A DNA stretch of 64,000 nt from Candidatus Anoxychlamydiales bacterium (GCA_011065125.1 JAAKFI010000001.1:25964-89963), one strand, 5' to 3'; shown: positions 30,834-42,871, numbered from the stretch's first letter. Notes: generated from the sequence alone by a model not told the origin. Made by a program: numbers and translations.

Positions 30834-33800
30834 TTATTCATTTGCAGCTTCTGTCCTTACATCAAGACAAAGCCCTTTCATTTCATTCATAAGTACGTTA
30901 AATGATTCAGGTGTGCCAGCTACCAATTTATTATCCCCTTTAACTATGGATTCATAAATTCTAGTTCTACCAGCAACATCATCCGATTTAACTGTTAACA
31001 TCTCTTGAAGTAAATGTGCAGCGCCATATGCTTCAAGCGCCCATACCTCCATCTCTCCAAATCTTTGACCTCCCCTTTGAGCTTTACCACCAAGTGGCTG
31101 CTGTGTAACTAGCGAATAAGGGCCAACAGATCTAGCATGAATTTTATCAGCAACCAAATGCGATAGTTTAAGCATGTAGATATATCCTACTACTACGTGA
31201 TTGTCGAATCTTTCTCCTGTTCTGCCATCGTATAGAACAAATTTTCCATTTTCTGGTAAATTTTCTTTCTTTAACATTTCCCAAATTTTTTCTTCAGGGA
31301 ATCCTTCGAACACAGGAGTTTTAATATAAATACCTGCTTTTTTAGCAGCAAAACCTAGATGAGTTTCCAAAAGTTGTCCCATATTCATCCTTGATGGTAC
31401 ACCTAGTGGATTTAAAATAATTTCAATGGTTTCACCATTTTCTAAATATGGCATATCCGCTATTGGAACGATTTTAGCAACAACACCTTTGTTACCATGC
31501 CTTCCAGCCATTTTATCCCCAACTTGAAGCTTTCTTTTTGTTGCAACATAGACTTTAACCTGTCTGATTACTCCAGGCTCTAAGTCTACATCACCTTTTT
31601 TCATATGTTCTACTTCAAGTTTATGCTTACTTAGTAAAATCATATGTAAATCATATGATTCACGAAGAATTTTTCTAAGCTCATCAAAAGTTTCATTCTC
31701 TTCCATTAGAAGGTTATCCATATCTTCACTTTCTAATTTCTCAATTAACTCTTGAGTAAAAAGTTGATCTTGATTGATGATAATTTCACCACTTTTTCTA
31801 TGCATTATTGGTGATTGACATTTTTCATTTAAAAAAAGAGCTCCTAGCTTTTCATGTGTTTGCATTTGAATTTCTAATTCTTGAGTTTTGAATTCTTGAT
31901 GAACATCTTTAATTCTAGATGCTTCTTCAACAAGTTCATCATCAGTTTTAGAAAGTCTATCTCTTCTCGAAAACACTTTAACATCCATTACAACACCTTC
32001 TGTTCCAGGAGGAGCTGTTAAGGACGCATCTTTCACGTCTGCTGCTTTTTCTCCAAAGATAGCTCTTAAAAGTCTTTCTTCAGGTGAAAGCTCAGTTTCT
32101 GTTTTAGGTGTAATTTTTCCAACTAAGATTGATCCTGATTTTACCTCAGCACCAATTCTAATAATTCCATCTTCTTTTAAATCAGCTAAAGCTTCTTCAG
32201 AAACATTTGGAATATCTCTTGTGATTTCCTCTTTCCCAAGTTTAGTATCTCTTGCCGTTAATTCAAATTCTTGTAAATAAATTGATGTGTATGTATCTTC
32301 TTTAATCAACTTTTCAGAGATAACAATCGCATCCTCATAGTTATAACCACACCATGGCATGAATGCTACAAGAACGTTTTTACCAAGGGCAAGCTCCCCA
32401 TTTTCAGTAGCTGGACCATCTGCAATAACATCCCCTGCTTTAATCTTATCTCCAACTTGACAAATAGGAGTTTGGTTAATTGATGCACCTTGATTTGATC
32501 TAATGAACTTTCTAAGATTATATATTTTCTTATCGATCGGATTGTTTTTCGGTGCTATTACTATTTTAAATCCATCAACATAATCAATTACCCCATCCTC
32601 TGCGGCTATAACAACAGCACCTGAATCTCTTGCTGCTCTTCCTTCAAGTCCCGTTCCAACAATTGGAGCTTCAGGAATTAAAAGCGGAACGCCTTGGCGT
32701 TGCATATTAGAACCCATAAGAGCACGGTTAGCATCATCATGTTCTAAAAAAGGTATAAGACCTGCTACTATAGATACAAGTTGTTTTGGAGAAACGTCCA
32801 TATGTGTGATTTTAGAGGTTTCAATCTCTAGTGATTCACCTTTATGTCTCGCCCAACATATGTCATTTGCGAACATATTAAATTCATCAAGTTCAGCTGA
32901 TGCTTGAGCTATCACACAATCTTCTTCTAAATCTGCTGTCATATATTCAATTTCATCTGTAACCACCCCATCTTTTACTTTTCTATATGGAGTTTCAATA
33001 AAACCAAATTCATTAATTTTACCATATGATGAAAGGGATGTGATAAGACCGATATTTGGTCCCTCTGGAGTTTCAATTGGACAAAGTCTGCCATAGTGTG
33101 AAGAGTGAACATCTCTTACTTCAAATCCAGCTCTTTCTCTATTTAATCCACCAGGCCCTAAACATGAAAGTCTTCTTTTATGCGTAAGTTCAGATACTGG
33201 ATTTTGTTGATCCATAAATTGTGATAATTGTGATCTACCAAAAAAGTCTTTTAATACTCCAGCTAAACCTTTAGCTGAAATAATTTTACCTGGAGTCATA
33301 GTATCTGATGAGAAATCAAATAGATTCATTCTCTCTTTAACTATTTTTTCCATTCTAGCTAAACCAATTCTACATTGATTTTGAACTAATTCACCAACAG
33401 ATCTAATTCTTCTGTTTCCTAAATGATCGATATCATCTATAGATGCTGTCTCATCTCTTTTCTTTAGTCTTATTAAATATTTAACAGCTTCAATAACATC
33501 TTCTTTTCTAAGTGTTACCGTTTCTAATGTTTCATCATTAATTTCAAATGAAAGCTTTTTATTTAATTTATATCTTCCAACTCTTCCTAAGTTATATCTT
33601 CTAGGATCAAAAAACAGTCTCATTATAGCAGATCTAGCATTTGACAACGTAGCTGGTTCACCTGGTCTGATTTTTCTATAAAAATCTTTAAGAGCAGATT
33701 CATATGAATCGGTTGGATCTTTAGCTAGCATTTTTATAATTGGATGATTTTCATCCGCATCTTCTGCAATTTTTATAGCTGCTATTTTTTCATCTAACAT

Positions 33801-34595
33801 TCTTTTTAACATAGCTGTAGTTAATTTTTCAGAAGCTCTTCCAAATACAAGTCCCGTCTCTTCATCAATTACATCTTCAGCTAAGATTTTACCAACTAAC
33901 TTCACAAAATCTTTTTCAGATTTTATCTTTATTTTTCTTGTGTTAAAAAATTCTTCAATAATATCAGCATCGGAAGAATATCCAAGTGTTCTAATAAATG
34001 AAGTTGCTAAAACTTTTCTTCTTCTTTTCTTTCTATCAACAAATATATATATTAAATCATTAGTATCAAATGAAGCTTCTAACCAACTTCCTCTATATGG
34101 TATAATTCTAAATGAATATAACAAAATCCCTTTTGGATGCATTGTTTTTTCAAAAGCAATACCAGGTGATCTATGAAGTTGGGATACTATAACTCTTTCC
34201 GCTCCATTTATAATAAACGTTCCTTTATCCGTCATAATAGGAAGAGTTCCCATATAAACTTCTTCTTCTTTAATTCCAGTTTCATCAGTTAATTTAAATA
34301 AAACTTTTAAAGTTACGTTGTAGGTAATTCCTCTTCTAACACACTCTTCAGGAGAGTATTTTGGTACTCCTAAATTATAAGAATTATATTCTAAAATAGT
34401 TTTTTCATCGTATGATTTGATAGGAAATATTTCCCTGAATACTTCTTCTAAACCAACATTTCCCCTTTCATGTGGAAGTTTGCCTGTTTGCAATAATTGA
34501 TTAAAAGATTTAATTTGAATTTCAATTAAATTAGGAAGGTCTATTATTTCTTTACTTTTTCTAAAGCTAACCCTTTCTGGGGACTTTTTGAGCAT
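30834..34595 (-). CDS. rpoB: DNA-directed RNA polymerase subunit beta
   Basis: 1253 aa with conserved RpoB blocks ([20 protein letters not shown]). Confidence 0.98.
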   Translation of the reverse strand: MLKKSPERVSFRKSKEIIDLPNLIEIQIKSFNQLLQTGKLPHERGNVGLEEVFREIFPIKSYDEKTILEYNSYNLGVPKYSPEECVRRGITYNVTLKVLFKLTDETGIKEEEVYMGTLPIMTDKGTFIINGAERVIVSQLHRSPGIAFEKTMHPKGILLYSFRIIPYRGSWLEASFDTNDLIYIFVDRKKRRRKVLATSFIRTLGYSSDADIIEEFFNTRKIKIKSEKDFVKLVGKILAEDVIDEETGLVFGRASEKLTTAMLKRMLDEKIAAIKIAEDADENHPIIKMLAKDPTDSYESALKDFYRKIRPGEPATLSNARSAIMRLFFDPRRYNLGRVGRYKLNKKLSFEINDETLETVTLRKEDVIEAVKYLIRLKKRDETASIDDIDHLGNRRIRSVGELVQNQCRIGLARMEKIVKERMNLFDFSSDTMTPGKIISAKGLAGVLKDFFGRSQLSQFMDQQNPVSELTHKRRLSCLGPGGLNRERAGFEVRDVHSSHYGRLCPIETPEGPNIGLITSLSSYGKINEFGFIETPYRKVKDGVVTDEIEYMTADLEEDCVIAQASAELDEFNMFANDICWARHKGESLEIETSKITHMDVSPKQLVSIVAGLIPFLEHDDANRALMGSNMQRQGVPLLIPEAPIVGTGLEGRAARDSGAVVIAAEDGVIDYVDGFKIVIAPKNNPIDKKIYNLRKFIRSNQGASINQTPICQVGDKIKAGDVIADGPATENGELALGKNVLVAFMPWCGYNYEDAIVISEKLIKEDTYTSIYLQEFELTARDTKLGKEEITRDIPNVSEEALADLKEDGIIRIGAEVKSGSILVGKITPKTETELSPEERLLRAIFGEKAADVKDASLTAPPGTEGVVMDVKVFSRRDRLSKTDDELVEEASRIKDVHQEFKTQELEIQMQTHEKLGALFLNEKCQSPIMHRKSGEIIINQDQLFTQELIEKLESEDMDNLLMEENETFDELRKILRESYDLHMILLSKHKLEVEHMKKGDVDLEPGVIRQVKVYVATKRKLQVGDKMAGRHGNKGVVAKIVPIADMPYLENGETIEIILNPLGVPSRMNMGQLLETHLGFAAKKAGIYIKTPVFEGFPEEKIWEMLKKENLPENGKFVLYDGRTGERFDNHVVVGYIYMLKLSHLVADKIHARSVGPYSLVTQQPLGGKAQRGGQRFGEMEVWALEAYGAAHLLQEMLTVKSDDVAGRTRIYESIVKGDNKLVAGTPESFNVLMNEMKGLCLDVRTEAANE

Positions 34596-34676
34596 CTTTG
34601 TTAACTCCTAAATGTTGATATATAATAAGCAAAATTTAAATTTATCAATGGATAAATTTAAAATATATATTGTTCA

Positions 34677-34696
34677 AGGGTAGTATATTTACTACC
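34677..34696 (-). terminator. rplL-rpoB intergenic hairpin (attenuator candidate)
   Basis: Perfect 8-bp stem gggtagta / tactaccc with a 4-nt loop, just downstream of the rplL stop. No clean U-tract follows, so it is a partial terminator at best. Confidence 0.4.
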
Positions 34697-34714
34697 CTCT
34701 AATAAATTTATTAA

Positions 34715-35104
34715 TTAAAGTCCTTTAGCAGTTGCTTTTGAACCCGCTGCTTGAATCTTCTTAATAATTTCATCTGCTTCAGCTTTTGGAGCAGTCTCTT
34801 TAATAACTTTAGGTGCTGATTCCACCAGTTCTTTTGCTTCTTTTAATCCAAGTCCCGTAATCTCTCTAACAACTTTAATTGCAGCTATTTTTTTATCAGC
34901 TGGAACTTCATCTAAAGTTATTTTAAAATCAGTTGCCTCTTCTTTAGCTGCACCTTCTTCTGCTGCTGCTGGAGCTGCTGCTACAGCTGCTGCTTGAGCT
35001 TTAACACCCCATTTTTCTTCAAGTGCTTTTTTTAATTTTGATAGTTCTAAAACAGGTAGATTACTTAATGTTTCTACTATTTCGTCTATGTTTACAGTTG
35101 CCAC
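34715..35104 (-). CDS. rplL: 50S ribosomal protein L7/L12
   Basis: 129 aa. Ala-rich hinge and C-terminal [14 protein letters not shown] motif. Confidence 0.95.
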   Translation of the reverse strand: MATVNIDEIVETLSNLPVLELSKLKKALEEKWGVKAQAAAVAAAPAAAEEGAAKEEATDFKITLDEVPADKKIAAIKVVREITGLGLKEAKELVESAPKVIKETAPKAEADEIIKKIQAAGSKATAKGL

Positions 35105-35116
35105 GATTTTACCCCT

Positions 35117-35632
35117 TTATTTTTTTTCTTCTAATTTTTTCTTTTCTTCAATTGCATAAACAACGCTTGTTAAAAGGCTGTTCATAACTGATACTGTCTC
35201 ACTCATTGGAGCTTCTAAAACTGATAAGAATTGAGCTCTCATCTCATCTTTAGATGGTAGTTTCGATAGCAATTCCATCTCAGCTGCATCATATGATTTA
35301 CCTTCAATTTGAGCATTCAATACTGAAAGATTCATATGATCTTTAGCTTTATAAACAGCTTTTGTAGCACCCATTGGATCACCATACACAAATACAACGC
35401 CAATATGTCCTTTAAGCAGATCTAAATCTAATTTAATACCCGCTTTTTTAGCTGCTCTTATAAATATTCTTTTTTTAACTACTTCATATTCACTTTCACT
35501 TTTTGAAAGCATATTTCTTAAATCCCAACTAGATTTAGGATTTATGTTTTCATATGAAGTTATAATCCATGAATTTGAATTTTCAAATTTATCTGTAATC
35601 TCATCTAACAGAAATGTTTTTTCTTTTCTCAT
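35117..35632 (-). CDS. rplJ: 50S ribosomal protein L10
   Basis: 171 aa, positioned between rplA and rplL. Confidence 0.9.
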   Translation of the reverse strand: MRKEKTFLLDEITDKFENSNSWIITSYENINPKSSWDLRNMLSKSESEYEVVKKRIFIRAAKKAGIKLDLDLLKGHIGVVFVYGDPMGATKAVYKAKDHMNLSVLNAQIEGKSYDAAEMELLSKLPSKDEMRAQFLSVLEAPMSETVSVMNSLLTSVVYAIEEKKKLEEKK

Positions 35633-35644
35633 TTATCTAACCCC

Positions 35645-36340
35645 TTATGATGTAGAAAGTGATTGTAGATTTATAAAAATACCAGGACCCATTGTTGAAG
35701 ATAGAGCAAATGATTTAATATAACTTCCCTTAGCACTTGATGGTTTTGCTTTTGATATTGCTTGATAAAGTGTGTCTATATTTTCTATAAGCTTTTCTTT
35801 AGCAAACGATAGTTTACCTACCATCAAATTTATTGCTGCATTTTTATCTACTTTAAATTCAACTTTACCAGCTTTAATTTCTTTCACTGCTTTTGCAACA
35901 TCTATAGCTACAGTTCCAGCTTTGGGTGTTGGCATAAGTCCTCTTGGTCCTAAAATTTTTCCTAATTTACCAACTTCTCTCATCATATCTGGTGTTGCAA
36001 TTAGTACATCAAAGTCAGTAAATCCACCTTTGATTTTTTCAAATAAATCAGTTGATCCTACTATATCAGCTCCAGCACTTTTAGCTTCTTTCGCTTTTTC
36101 ACCTTGAGCAAATACTGCAAGTTTAATTGTTTTTCCTGTTCCATTTGGAAGCGATACTGTACCTCTTACTTGCTGATCTGCTTTTTTAGGATCTACACCA
36201 AGTTTTAGAGATATTTCGATCGATTGATCAAATTTAAGTTCAGGACATTTTTTAAGAAGATCAATTGCTTCATCAATTGATTTTTCTTCTTCATCCAATA
36301 TAACTTCATTTATTTTTTTTAATCTTTTACATTTTTTCAT
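35645..36340 (-). CDS. rplA: 50S ribosomal protein L1
   Basis: 231 aa. L1 pattern ([27 protein letters not shown]). Confidence 0.95.
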   Translation of the reverse strand: MKKCKRLKKINEVILDEEEKSIDEAIDLLKKCPELKFDQSIEISLKLGVDPKKADQQVRGTVSLPNGTGKTIKLAVFAQGEKAKEAKSAGADIVGSTDLFEKIKGGFTDFDVLIATPDMMREVGKLGKILGPRGLMPTPKAGTVAIDVAKAVKEIKAGKVEFKVDKNAAINLMVGKLSFAKEKLIENIDTLYQAISKAKPSSAKGSYIKSFALSSTMGPGIFINLQSLSTS

Positions 36341-36345
36341 TTCTT

Positions 36346-36777
36346 TTATGCTCCTTCAATTTCGATGCCCATAGATTTTGCAGTACCTATAACCATATTA
36401 ATTGCTGTATCTACTGTTCTGGCAATCATATCCGGCATTTTTCTTTCTGCTATTTTTTTAGCTTGAGCAATTGTTAATTTAGCAACTTTATCTCTATTTG
36501 GCATTTTTGATCCAGATTCTATACCAACTTCTTTTAATATTAATCTTGACACAGGTGGTTGTTTAGTAATAAAAGTAAATGATCTATCTGAATAAACTTC
36601 TATCACTACTGGCAGTATATCTCCTGCTTGCTTTTGAGTTCTTGCGTTAAAATCTTTACAAAATGCCATAATATTAACACCTGCTGAACCTAATGCTGGT
36701 CCAATAGGAGGTGCAGGATTAGCTTTACCTGCTGGGATCTGAAGTTTTATAACTTTTACTACTTTTTTCTTAGCCAT
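36346..36777 (-). CDS. rplK: 50S ribosomal protein L11
   Basis: 143 aa. [21 protein letters not shown]. Confidence 0.95.
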   Translation of the reverse strand: MAKKKVVKVIKLQIPAGKANPAPPIGPALGSAGVNIMAFCKDFNARTQKQAGDILPVVIEVYSDRSFTFITKQPPVSRLILKEVGIESGSKMPNRDKVAKLTIAQAKKIAERKMPDMIARTVDTAINMVIGTAKSMGIEIEGA

Positions 36778-36797
36778 TTTTTAATTACCTTATATTT

Positions 36798-37343
36798 TTA
36801 ATTTACATCTTCCGGAGAAACTTCTTCTATCTGCCAAAATTCTAAATCATCTACTCTAGTGTCTCTTCCAAAAATTGATACTAGAACGCTTAATTTTCCT
36901 TTTTCATAATTTACTTCAGTAACGGTACCCATAAAGTTAATAAATACGCCTTCATTAATTTTTACAACATCACCAACATCAACTTTATGTTTTTGAACAA
37001 CACCTGTTTTTTTGGCTTCTAATTCTACTAATATTTCATCCACTTCTTTTTGTGTTAAAGGTGTAGGCTGCCCCCCACCTAAAAAAGCAATAACTCCATT
37101 TGTATCTTTAATGCACTGCCATGTTTCATCTGTTAATTTCATTCTTAAAAGGATGTATCCTGGCCACAACCTTTTTTCTACAATTTTTTGTTCGCCTTTT
37201 TTTACTTCCTGCACATTTTCTATTGGAACAATAATTTCACTTATTAACTCTTCTAAATGCTGCCTTCTTATATTCTCTAAAAGAGCTTTTTTAATCTTTT
37301 TTTCGTGCCCACTCATCACTTGTAGTACGTACCAATTATGCAT
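36798..37343 (-). CDS. nusG: transcription termination/antitermination factor NusG
   Basis: 181 aa. NGN start WYVLQVMSGHEKK and KOW motif GDVVKINEGVF. Confidence 0.92.
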   Translation of the reverse strand: MHNWYVLQVMSGHEKKIKKALLENIRRQHLEELISEIIVPIENVQEVKKGEQKIVEKRLWPGYILLRMKLTDETWQCIKDTNGVIAFLGGGQPTPLTQKEVDEILVELEAKKTGVVQKHKVDVGDVVKINEGVFINFMGTVTEVNYEKGKLSVLVSIFGRDTRVDDLEFWQIEEVSPEDVN

Positions 37344-37349
37344 ATTTCA

Positions 37350-37595
37350 TTACCCTAAGATTATTTTTGCAAAAACATTTATCAAATTTAAAGCTGATCT
37401 AATAATGATATCAGAAAAATATATAGCAATTGCAAAAACAAAAATTCCAGTAAGCACAATTTTAGTAGATAAAATTAATTCTGCTTTAGTTGTCCAAGTG
37501 ATTTTTTTAAATTCATTTTGAACTTCTCTTAAAAAATTATTTTTTTTTCTTTTTTCTGTTTTATGCATGATTTTCAAATCAGATGCCATATACAC
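37350..37595 (-). CDS. secE: preprotein translocase subunit SecE
   Basis: Small protein with a single C-terminal TM and the EFKKITWTTKAEL motif. Conserved position upstream of nusG. The exact start is uncertain. Confidence 0.8.
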   Translation of the reverse strand: MYMASDLKIMHKTEKRKKNNFLREVQNEFKKITWTTKAELILSTKIVLTGIFVFAIAIYFSDIIIRSALNLINVFAKIILG

Positions 37596-37618
37596 CTTTT
37601 AAATATTTATTTTATAAA

Positions 37619-37691
37619 CGAGTGCGGAGGGATTCGAACCCCCGACCGGCGACTTTGGAGATCGCTGCTCTACCATCTGAGCTACACACCC
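37619..37691 (-). tRNA. tRNA-Trp (anticodon CCA)
   Basis: Folded by hand. Acceptor GGGTGTG/CGCACTC, D arm GCTC-AGATGGTA-GAGC, anticodon stem GCGAT/GTCGC, loop CTCCAAA, T arm with TTCGAAT. Confidence 0.9.
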
Positions 37692-37726
37692 CATGACAAA
37701 TAAGTCATGACAAATCTTTTCTAAAA

Positions 37727-38911
37727 TTACTCAATAATTTTAGAAACAGTTCCTGCTCCAATAGTTCTACCACCCTCACGAATAGCAAATCTCATGCCTT
37801 CTTCCATAGCAACCGGAACCATTAGTTCTCCTGTTATTTCAACATTGTCACCAGGCATAACCATCTCTGTGCCTTCCGGAAGAGCTACAGTGCCCGTAAC
37901 ATCAGTTGTTCTAAAAAAGAACTGTGGTCGATAACCAGTAAAGAATGGTTTATGTCTTCCACCTTCTTCTTTTTTCAATACGTAAATTGCACCTTTAAAT
38001 TTCTTATGTGGTGTACATGCTCCAGGAGCAGCTAATACCATTCCTCTTTCAACGTCTTTTTTATCAACTCCTCTTAAAAGAACTCCAACGTTTTCACCAG
38101 CTCTAGCTTCATCTAAAAGCTTATTAAACATTTCAAGACCAGTAGCAACAGATTCTCTTGTCTCTCTAAGACCAACGATTTGTATTTTATCGTTGATTTT
38201 AATAATACCTCTTTCAACTCTTCCTGTAACAACTGTACCTCTACCTGAAATTGAGAATACATCCTCAATCGGCATAAGAAATGGTTTATCAACTTCTCTT
38301 GTAGGTACAGGTATTTTTTCATCAATTGTTTTCATTAATTCTTTTATGCTCTCAATGCTTTCAGCATCACCTTCCAATGCTTTTAAAGCTGACCCCTTAA
38401 CGATTGCAACATTATCATATCCCTTTTCAGCTAAAAGTTCTTGTAATTCCATTTCAACTAGTTCTACTAATTCTTCATCACCTTTTCCGATTTGATCCAT
38501 TTTGTTTAAGAATACAACGATTGAAGGAACTCCAACTTGTTTCGCTAAAAGTATATGTTCTTTTGTTTGAGGCATAGGTCCATCTGTTGCCGCAACAACT
38601 AAGATAGCCCCGTCCATTTGAGCCGCTCCTGTAATCATGTTTTTTACGTAGTCAGCGTGACCTGGACAGTCAACGTGAGCATAATGTCGTTTGTCTGTTT
38701 CATATTCAACGTGTGATGAATTGATTGTAATTCCACGTGATTTTTCTTCTGGAGTATTATCTATAGAAGAATAATCTCTATAAGTTCCACCACCTTCTTC
38801 AGCTAAAACCTTTGTAATAGCTGCCGTCAAAGTAGTTTTACCATGATCGACATGCCCGATTGTTCCAATATTTACGTGAGGTTTTGTCCTTTTAAATGCT
38901 TCTTTTGCCAT
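37727..38911 (-). CDS. tuf: elongation factor Tu
   Basis: 394 aa. [14 protein letters not shown] and NKMD GTPase motifs. Confidence 0.98.
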   Translation of the reverse strand: MAKEAFKRTKPHVNIGTIGHVDHGKTTLTAAITKVLAEEGGGTYRDYSSIDNTPEEKSRGITINSSHVEYETDKRHYAHVDCPGHADYVKNMITGAAQMDGAILVVAATDGPMPQTKEHILLAKQVGVPSIVVFLNKMDQIGKGDEELVELVEMELQELLAEKGYDNVAIVKGSALKALEGDAESIESIKELMKTIDEKIPVPTREVDKPFLMPIEDVFSISGRGTVVTGRVERGIIKINDKIQIVGLRETRESVATGLEMFNKLLDEARAGENVGVLLRGVDKKDVERGMVLAAPGACTPHKKFKGAIYVLKKEEGGRHKPFFTGYRPQFFFRTTDVTGTVALPEGTEMVMPGDNVEITGELMVPVAMEEGMRFAIREGGRTIGAGTVSKIIE

Positions 38912-38962
38912 CCTATTGATCCTCCATAGTCAGCGGTATTAAATTAATTTGTTTAATTCCTT

Positions 38963-39034
38963 TGCCCAGAATAGGACTTGAACCTACGACCTTTTGCTTA
39001 CCATGCAAATGCTCTACCTCTGAGCTATCTGGGC
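38963..39034 (-). tRNA. tRNA-Thr (anticodon GGT)
   Basis: Folded by hand. Acceptor GCCCAGA/TCTGGGC, D arm GCTC/GAGC, anticodon stem TTTGC/GCAAA, loop ATGGTAA, T loop TTCAAGT. Confidence 0.9.
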
Positions 39035-39111
39035 CCACTTTTATAAATAAAATCATATTTTATTTTTAAAAGTATATAAGTTTAATTCTCTAATTAAATA
39101 AAATCAATATC

Positions 39112-39336
39112 TTATTTTTGACGATAAATAATTCTTGCCTTTGTCAAATCATAAGGTGACATTTCAACAGTAACTTTATCGCCCACATAAACTCTAATAT
39201 TTCTCATTCTCATCTTTCCACAAAGATGAGCATGTACAGTCATGTCATTTTCTAATGTTATTCTAAAACTCATGTTTGGAAGAAGTTCTTCAACCCTTCC
39301 ATCAATCTTAATCGTCTCTTCTTTTGCCATTAGCAT
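39112..39336 (-). CDS. infA: translation initiation factor IF-1
   Basis: S1-like IF-1 sequence ([23 protein letters not shown]). The true start is probably the third codon (ATG at 39330). Confidence 0.92.
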   Translation of the reverse strand: MLMAKEETIKIDGRVEELLPNMSFRITLENDMTVHAHLCGKMRMRNIRVYVGDKVTVEMSPYDLTKARIIYRQK

Positions 39337-39480
39337 TATTCACAAAATATTAATGTTAATAATTAAAACAATATTTTGGTTTCTTGTCAATAAGAAGATA
39401 AATTTATTTAATTAAAAAAATATTCTTCTTGCTTTTTTTAATTACCTCTTAAAAAATATTACAAAAAAATTAATCAGTCT

Positions 39481-39909
39481 ATGAATAAAAATATTAATAA
39501 TAAAATTAAAGAACTTATTTTAATGTTCTCTAAACTTGATACAGTCGAAGAGAGATATGAATTAATAATTAATTTTACAAAAAACTTAGAAAAATTTAAA
39601 GACGAAGACAAAACCGAAGAAAATCAAATCAAAAATTGTCAAAGCACAACTTATATTAAAACCCATTTAGAAAATAATAAAATTCAAATTTTATCTTATT
39701 CTGATTCACTGATTTCTTATGGCTTAAGTGCTTTATTAATATATGTATATAATGATGATGATCCAGTAAATATTTTAAAATACCCTCCAACTTTTTTCAA
39801 TGATCTTAAAATTGAAGAAAGCCTGTCTCCAAATAGATCAAATGGACTTTATTATATGTATGAAAGATTAAAAAAAGATGCTTTAAAATACTTACAAAAT
39901 AATAATTAA
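39481..39909 (+). CDS. sufE: SufE-family cysteine desulfuration protein
   Basis: Aligns by eye to E. coli SufE: EERYELII...DEDKTEENQIKNCQSTTYI (active-site Cys) and LSPNRSNGL. Confidence 0.85.
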   Translation: MNKNINNKIKELILMFSKLDTVEERYELIINFTKNLEKFKDEDKTEENQIKNCQSTTYIKTHLENNKIQILSYSDSLISYGLSALLIYVYNDDDPVNILKYPPTFFNDLKIEESLSPNRSNGLYYMYERLKKDALKYLQNNN

Positions 39910-40718
39910 TGACAACTCCTACTATTCAAAAATATCAAAGCCCGTATCTAAATGAAAACATTTCCCAAATTATAAAATCTAATACTTTAAAATATAATAT
40001 ATGTAGAGTTGCAAAAACAGTTAATGCTTTAGCTATATTTATTTTAATTACAACTATCACCTCTTTTTTTTCATCTTCCATTGAAATATTAGTTTTAGGT
40101 CACATTATAATAGGAGCAAGCATTCCAATTTTAGGATTTGGATATATTAAAATAAATAATTTATCGAAAAAATATTTTAACACAAAATTATTATACACTT
40201 TTATAAAAGAAGAAACTTTAAAATTAAAAACTCAAAATCCGACTCAAATAAAAAACTTTTTAAATTCAATTGATATTAAAAAACCATTTTCTAATGACGA
40301 TTTAAAAAAAATCTTACCCTTGATTGCAAGATATAAATATTACACAAAAAAAAGAGATGAGTTAAATAATGAAATTGATGAAATGTCAAAAATACAATTA
40401 AATGACATTGATCAAAGATTAAAACTTCAAAAATCCATTCATTCAATTTATGAAAAATATCTTTTAAAATATAAACTCAAAGCAGCTGAAATTTTTTATC
40501 ATATTAATAATTTAAATGAAAAAAGAACTCTAGAAAAGATGGGTAATATTTACCCTTTAAATTTTGATAAAAGAATGGCCTCCTTATTTCAAGGATCTGA
40601 TATTTATTTTATATTCAATAATGATATTAGAAAAAAAAGAAAATTGGATTATTTAAGTTTTACAACTGTTGATACATCAACTATTGAACAGCTTTCTAAA
40701 TATATATTTGTCACTTAA
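39909..40718 (+). CDS. Inc-like membrane protein (bilobed hydrophobic domain plus coiled-coil tail)
   Basis: 269 aa. Two closely spaced hydrophobic segments ALAIFILITTITSFFSSSI / ILVLGHIIIGASIPILGFGYI near residues 40-82, followed by a K/E/N-rich helical region. No signal peptide. Confidence 0.5.
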   Translation: MTTPTIQKYQSPYLNENISQIIKSNTLKYNICRVAKTVNALAIFILITTITSFFSSSIEILVLGHIIIGASIPILGFGYIKINNLSKKYFNTKLLYTFIKEETLKLKTQNPTQIKNFLNSIDIKKPFSNDDLKKILPLIARYKYYTKKRDELNNEIDEMSKIQLNDIDQRLKLQKSIHSIYEKYLLKYKLKAAEIFYHINNLNEKRTLEKMGNIYPLNFDKRMASLFQGSDIYFIFNNDIRKKRKLDYLSFTTVDTSTIEQLSKYIFVT

Positions 40719-42469
40719 CCATTAATACATTGAATTAAAGCTGACGCTGCAATTACTCTTAAAATTTGAAAAGGTTCTTCTAACACCTTTACTAAAAACT
40801 CTATTGATTCTTTAGAAGATATATGTGCTATTGCTTCTAAAATATGTATTTTCATTTCATGATCTGCTGTGAAATAAGCATTTTGCAAAGTTTCTATTAC
40901 AGATGGATCTTTTCCAAGCAAAGCAAGGACTAAAGCAGACTGAACTTTTATAGTATTATCATCCCCATTCATAGCCTCTTTTACAGTATCTAATGCTTTT
41001 TCATCCCCTTCCTTTAATAAAGTAGCTGCTGCAAAACCAGTAATTCCCCAACTTTCTTTTTTTAAAAAATGTTTGATTGCATCTAATGCTCTTGCATCTT
41101 CTAAAACACAAAGCATTGCTAATAAATTAAGTCTTGTCATCTGATCTATTGCTTCTGGATAATTTGGAATGTGATCAACATGTCTTATAGTAGAGGGTGA
41201 AAGCACTTCAAAATTTGGATTTTTAGAAGAATCAATCATCCACATTTGTTTATCATTTTCTAATAAGTTATATATTATATCTAAACTAGCCTTTACATTT
41301 TCTCTAATACCAATAAATCCAATTGCAATATTTGCTTTAACAAAATCATCTTTTTCTTTTTGCATAACTTCATATGCTAAATTTGGACATTTATTAATAC
41401 ATCTAGAAATAGCACTAGCAGCCATTCTTTTAATTTCTAAACTATCTTTTTTTATAAATTCTAATATTTTCTTTTTGCCAAATTCAAAGTCTTTTAAAAT
41501 TGCTATGTAATTTGCAGTAATTGCAACTTTATAGTCACTATCACTCGTTTTAATTAATAATTTTTCCTTTAGCTTTTTATTATCTATAGTATCTAAATAT
41601 GAAAAACAAATCGCATTTAAAGCAGCTATTCTAACATCTGAGATTGGATCGTCTAAAAGATTTAAAACAATATCCTCTACTTCTTTTACATTAAAATGAG
41701 ATGCTAAAATGCAGCTAAGTTCTCTAAGTGATGCTTTACCACTATTAGATAATGTTTTTATTTTATCTTTGCTTATACTATCGAAAATATTTACATACGC
41801 CTTAATTGCAAAACTTTTTTCTTCATATGTAGATTTATCAGATGTCAATATATCTTCTATTTTTTTTTCTTGATCTTCAATTTTCATTTGCCCTATTGCT
41901 TTGATAACTTCTAGTTTTACAAGCCAAAGTTTTTCATTATCCATTAATTTTCTAACTTCGTTTTTTAAAGGCTCATCCATATATGAACTTGCAAGTTGAA
42001 GAGCAATAGATCTAATAACAGCATTTGAATCTTTTAAGGCCTGATTGATTACCTTCACCCCATTTACATCTCGGGTTAAATAAGCTCCAATTAGCGAAGT
42101 TAGCCTTGTTTGAAACTGCATGGATTTAGAGCCTTTATTAATAATTTCAAATGCTAAGCCTTCCAATAAATCGTGATTTTTTAAAAAAGATGAATCTTTT
42201 TTATATAAAGATTTAAGCTCTTGAATTGCTTTTAAATCATCCTCATTTAAAGCAAGTGTATATATATATTTAGCTTTTAATTCTTTAGAATTTTTATTTT
42301 TTAAAGCAAGTTTTGCTTCTTGAAGTGCCGATTCATAATCTTCTATAAGTATATGATTATTAATCCTTTGAATGTATTCCTTTTCTGTTTTTGCAAAAAC
42401 AATAGAAACTAAAAATAAAAAAACAGCTAAATATTTCATAAAAACACCCTTAATATTTAATATATACAA
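40715..42469 (-). CDS. HEAT/ARM-like repeat protein with N-terminal signal sequence
   Basis: 584 aa. Hydrophobic N-terminus YLAVFLFLVSIVFA. Repeated helical motifs with DxxVRxxA-type HEAT signatures (DSNAVIRSIALQLA, DPISDVRIAALNAI). Confidence 0.5.
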   Translation of the reverse strand: MYILNIKGVFMKYLAVFLFLVSIVFAKTEKEYIQRINNHILIEDYESALQEAKLALKNKNSKELKAKYIYTLALNEDDLKAIQELKSLYKKDSSFLKNHDLLEGLAFEIINKGSKSMQFQTRLTSLIGAYLTRDVNGVKVINQALKDSNAVIRSIALQLASSYMDEPLKNEVRKLMDNEKLWLVKLEVIKAIGQMKIEDQEKKIEDILTSDKSTYEEKSFAIKAYVNIFDSISKDKIKTLSNSGKASLRELSCILASHFNVKEVEDIVLNLLDDPISDVRIAALNAICFSYLDTIDNKKLKEKLLIKTSDSDYKVAITANYIAILKDFEFGKKKILEFIKKDSLEIKRMAASAISRCINKCPNLAYEVMQKEKDDFVKANIAIGFIGIRENVKASLDIIYNLLENDKQMWMIDSSKNPNFEVLSPSTIRHVDHIPNYPEAIDQMTRLNLLAMLCVLEDARALDAIKHFLKKESWGITGFAAATLLKEGDEKALDTVKEAMNGDDNTIKVQSALVLALLGKDPSVIETLQNAYFTADHEMKIHILEAIAHISSKESIEFLVKVLEEPFQILRVIAASALIQCING

Positions 42470-42871
42470 TTTAAAACTTAAAAAAAGCTATTTTTTTAAG
42501 TGAGTTTTATTAAAACCTCACGGTTTTATTAATTATTAATATTTCATTAAGAGTAACCTGCGTAAATATCTAACTAAGAGAGGTTCGAATCAAAAAGCTA
42601 AAAAAGAAATTCAAAAATACAAAAATCTAATGAAAAAAAATCGATCTGAAATTAATAAACTTTTTAAAAGCATACAAGATTCTTTATCTTTTTTAAAAAT
42701 TGATACCGGATATACATCAGATGCGGGATCAACTACTAGCTCGATACCAGCTTATGAATAGTTGATAGGAAAAATGATTTTTAAAAAGTTTTAATAAGAA
42801 CTACACCATTTAAATGTTAATAAATAGATTAAATAAAAAAATAATAAAAAAATATAATAAGAGAAAAAAAC

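Noticed and set aside
26783-34176. Plus-strand ORFs inside rpoC and rpoB (26783-27022, 27401-27724, 29996-30232, 33940-34176)
   Set aside because: They are antisense to highly conserved polymerase genes and have no independent signals.
37012-37521. 169-aa plus-strand ORF
   Set aside because: It is antisense across nusG and secE, whose identities are well supported by motifs and synteny.
35772-38495. Shadow ORFs in rplA (35772-36107) and tuf (38113-38325, 38193-38495)
   Set aside because: They are alternative frames or antisense within conserved genes.
42490-42530. Hairpin gtgagtttta-t-taaaacctcac upstream of the HEAT-repeat gene
   Set aside because: The loop is too small, the stem is A/T-rich and bulged, and there is no adjacent U-tract or gene end that it would terminate. 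It is probably fortuitous.
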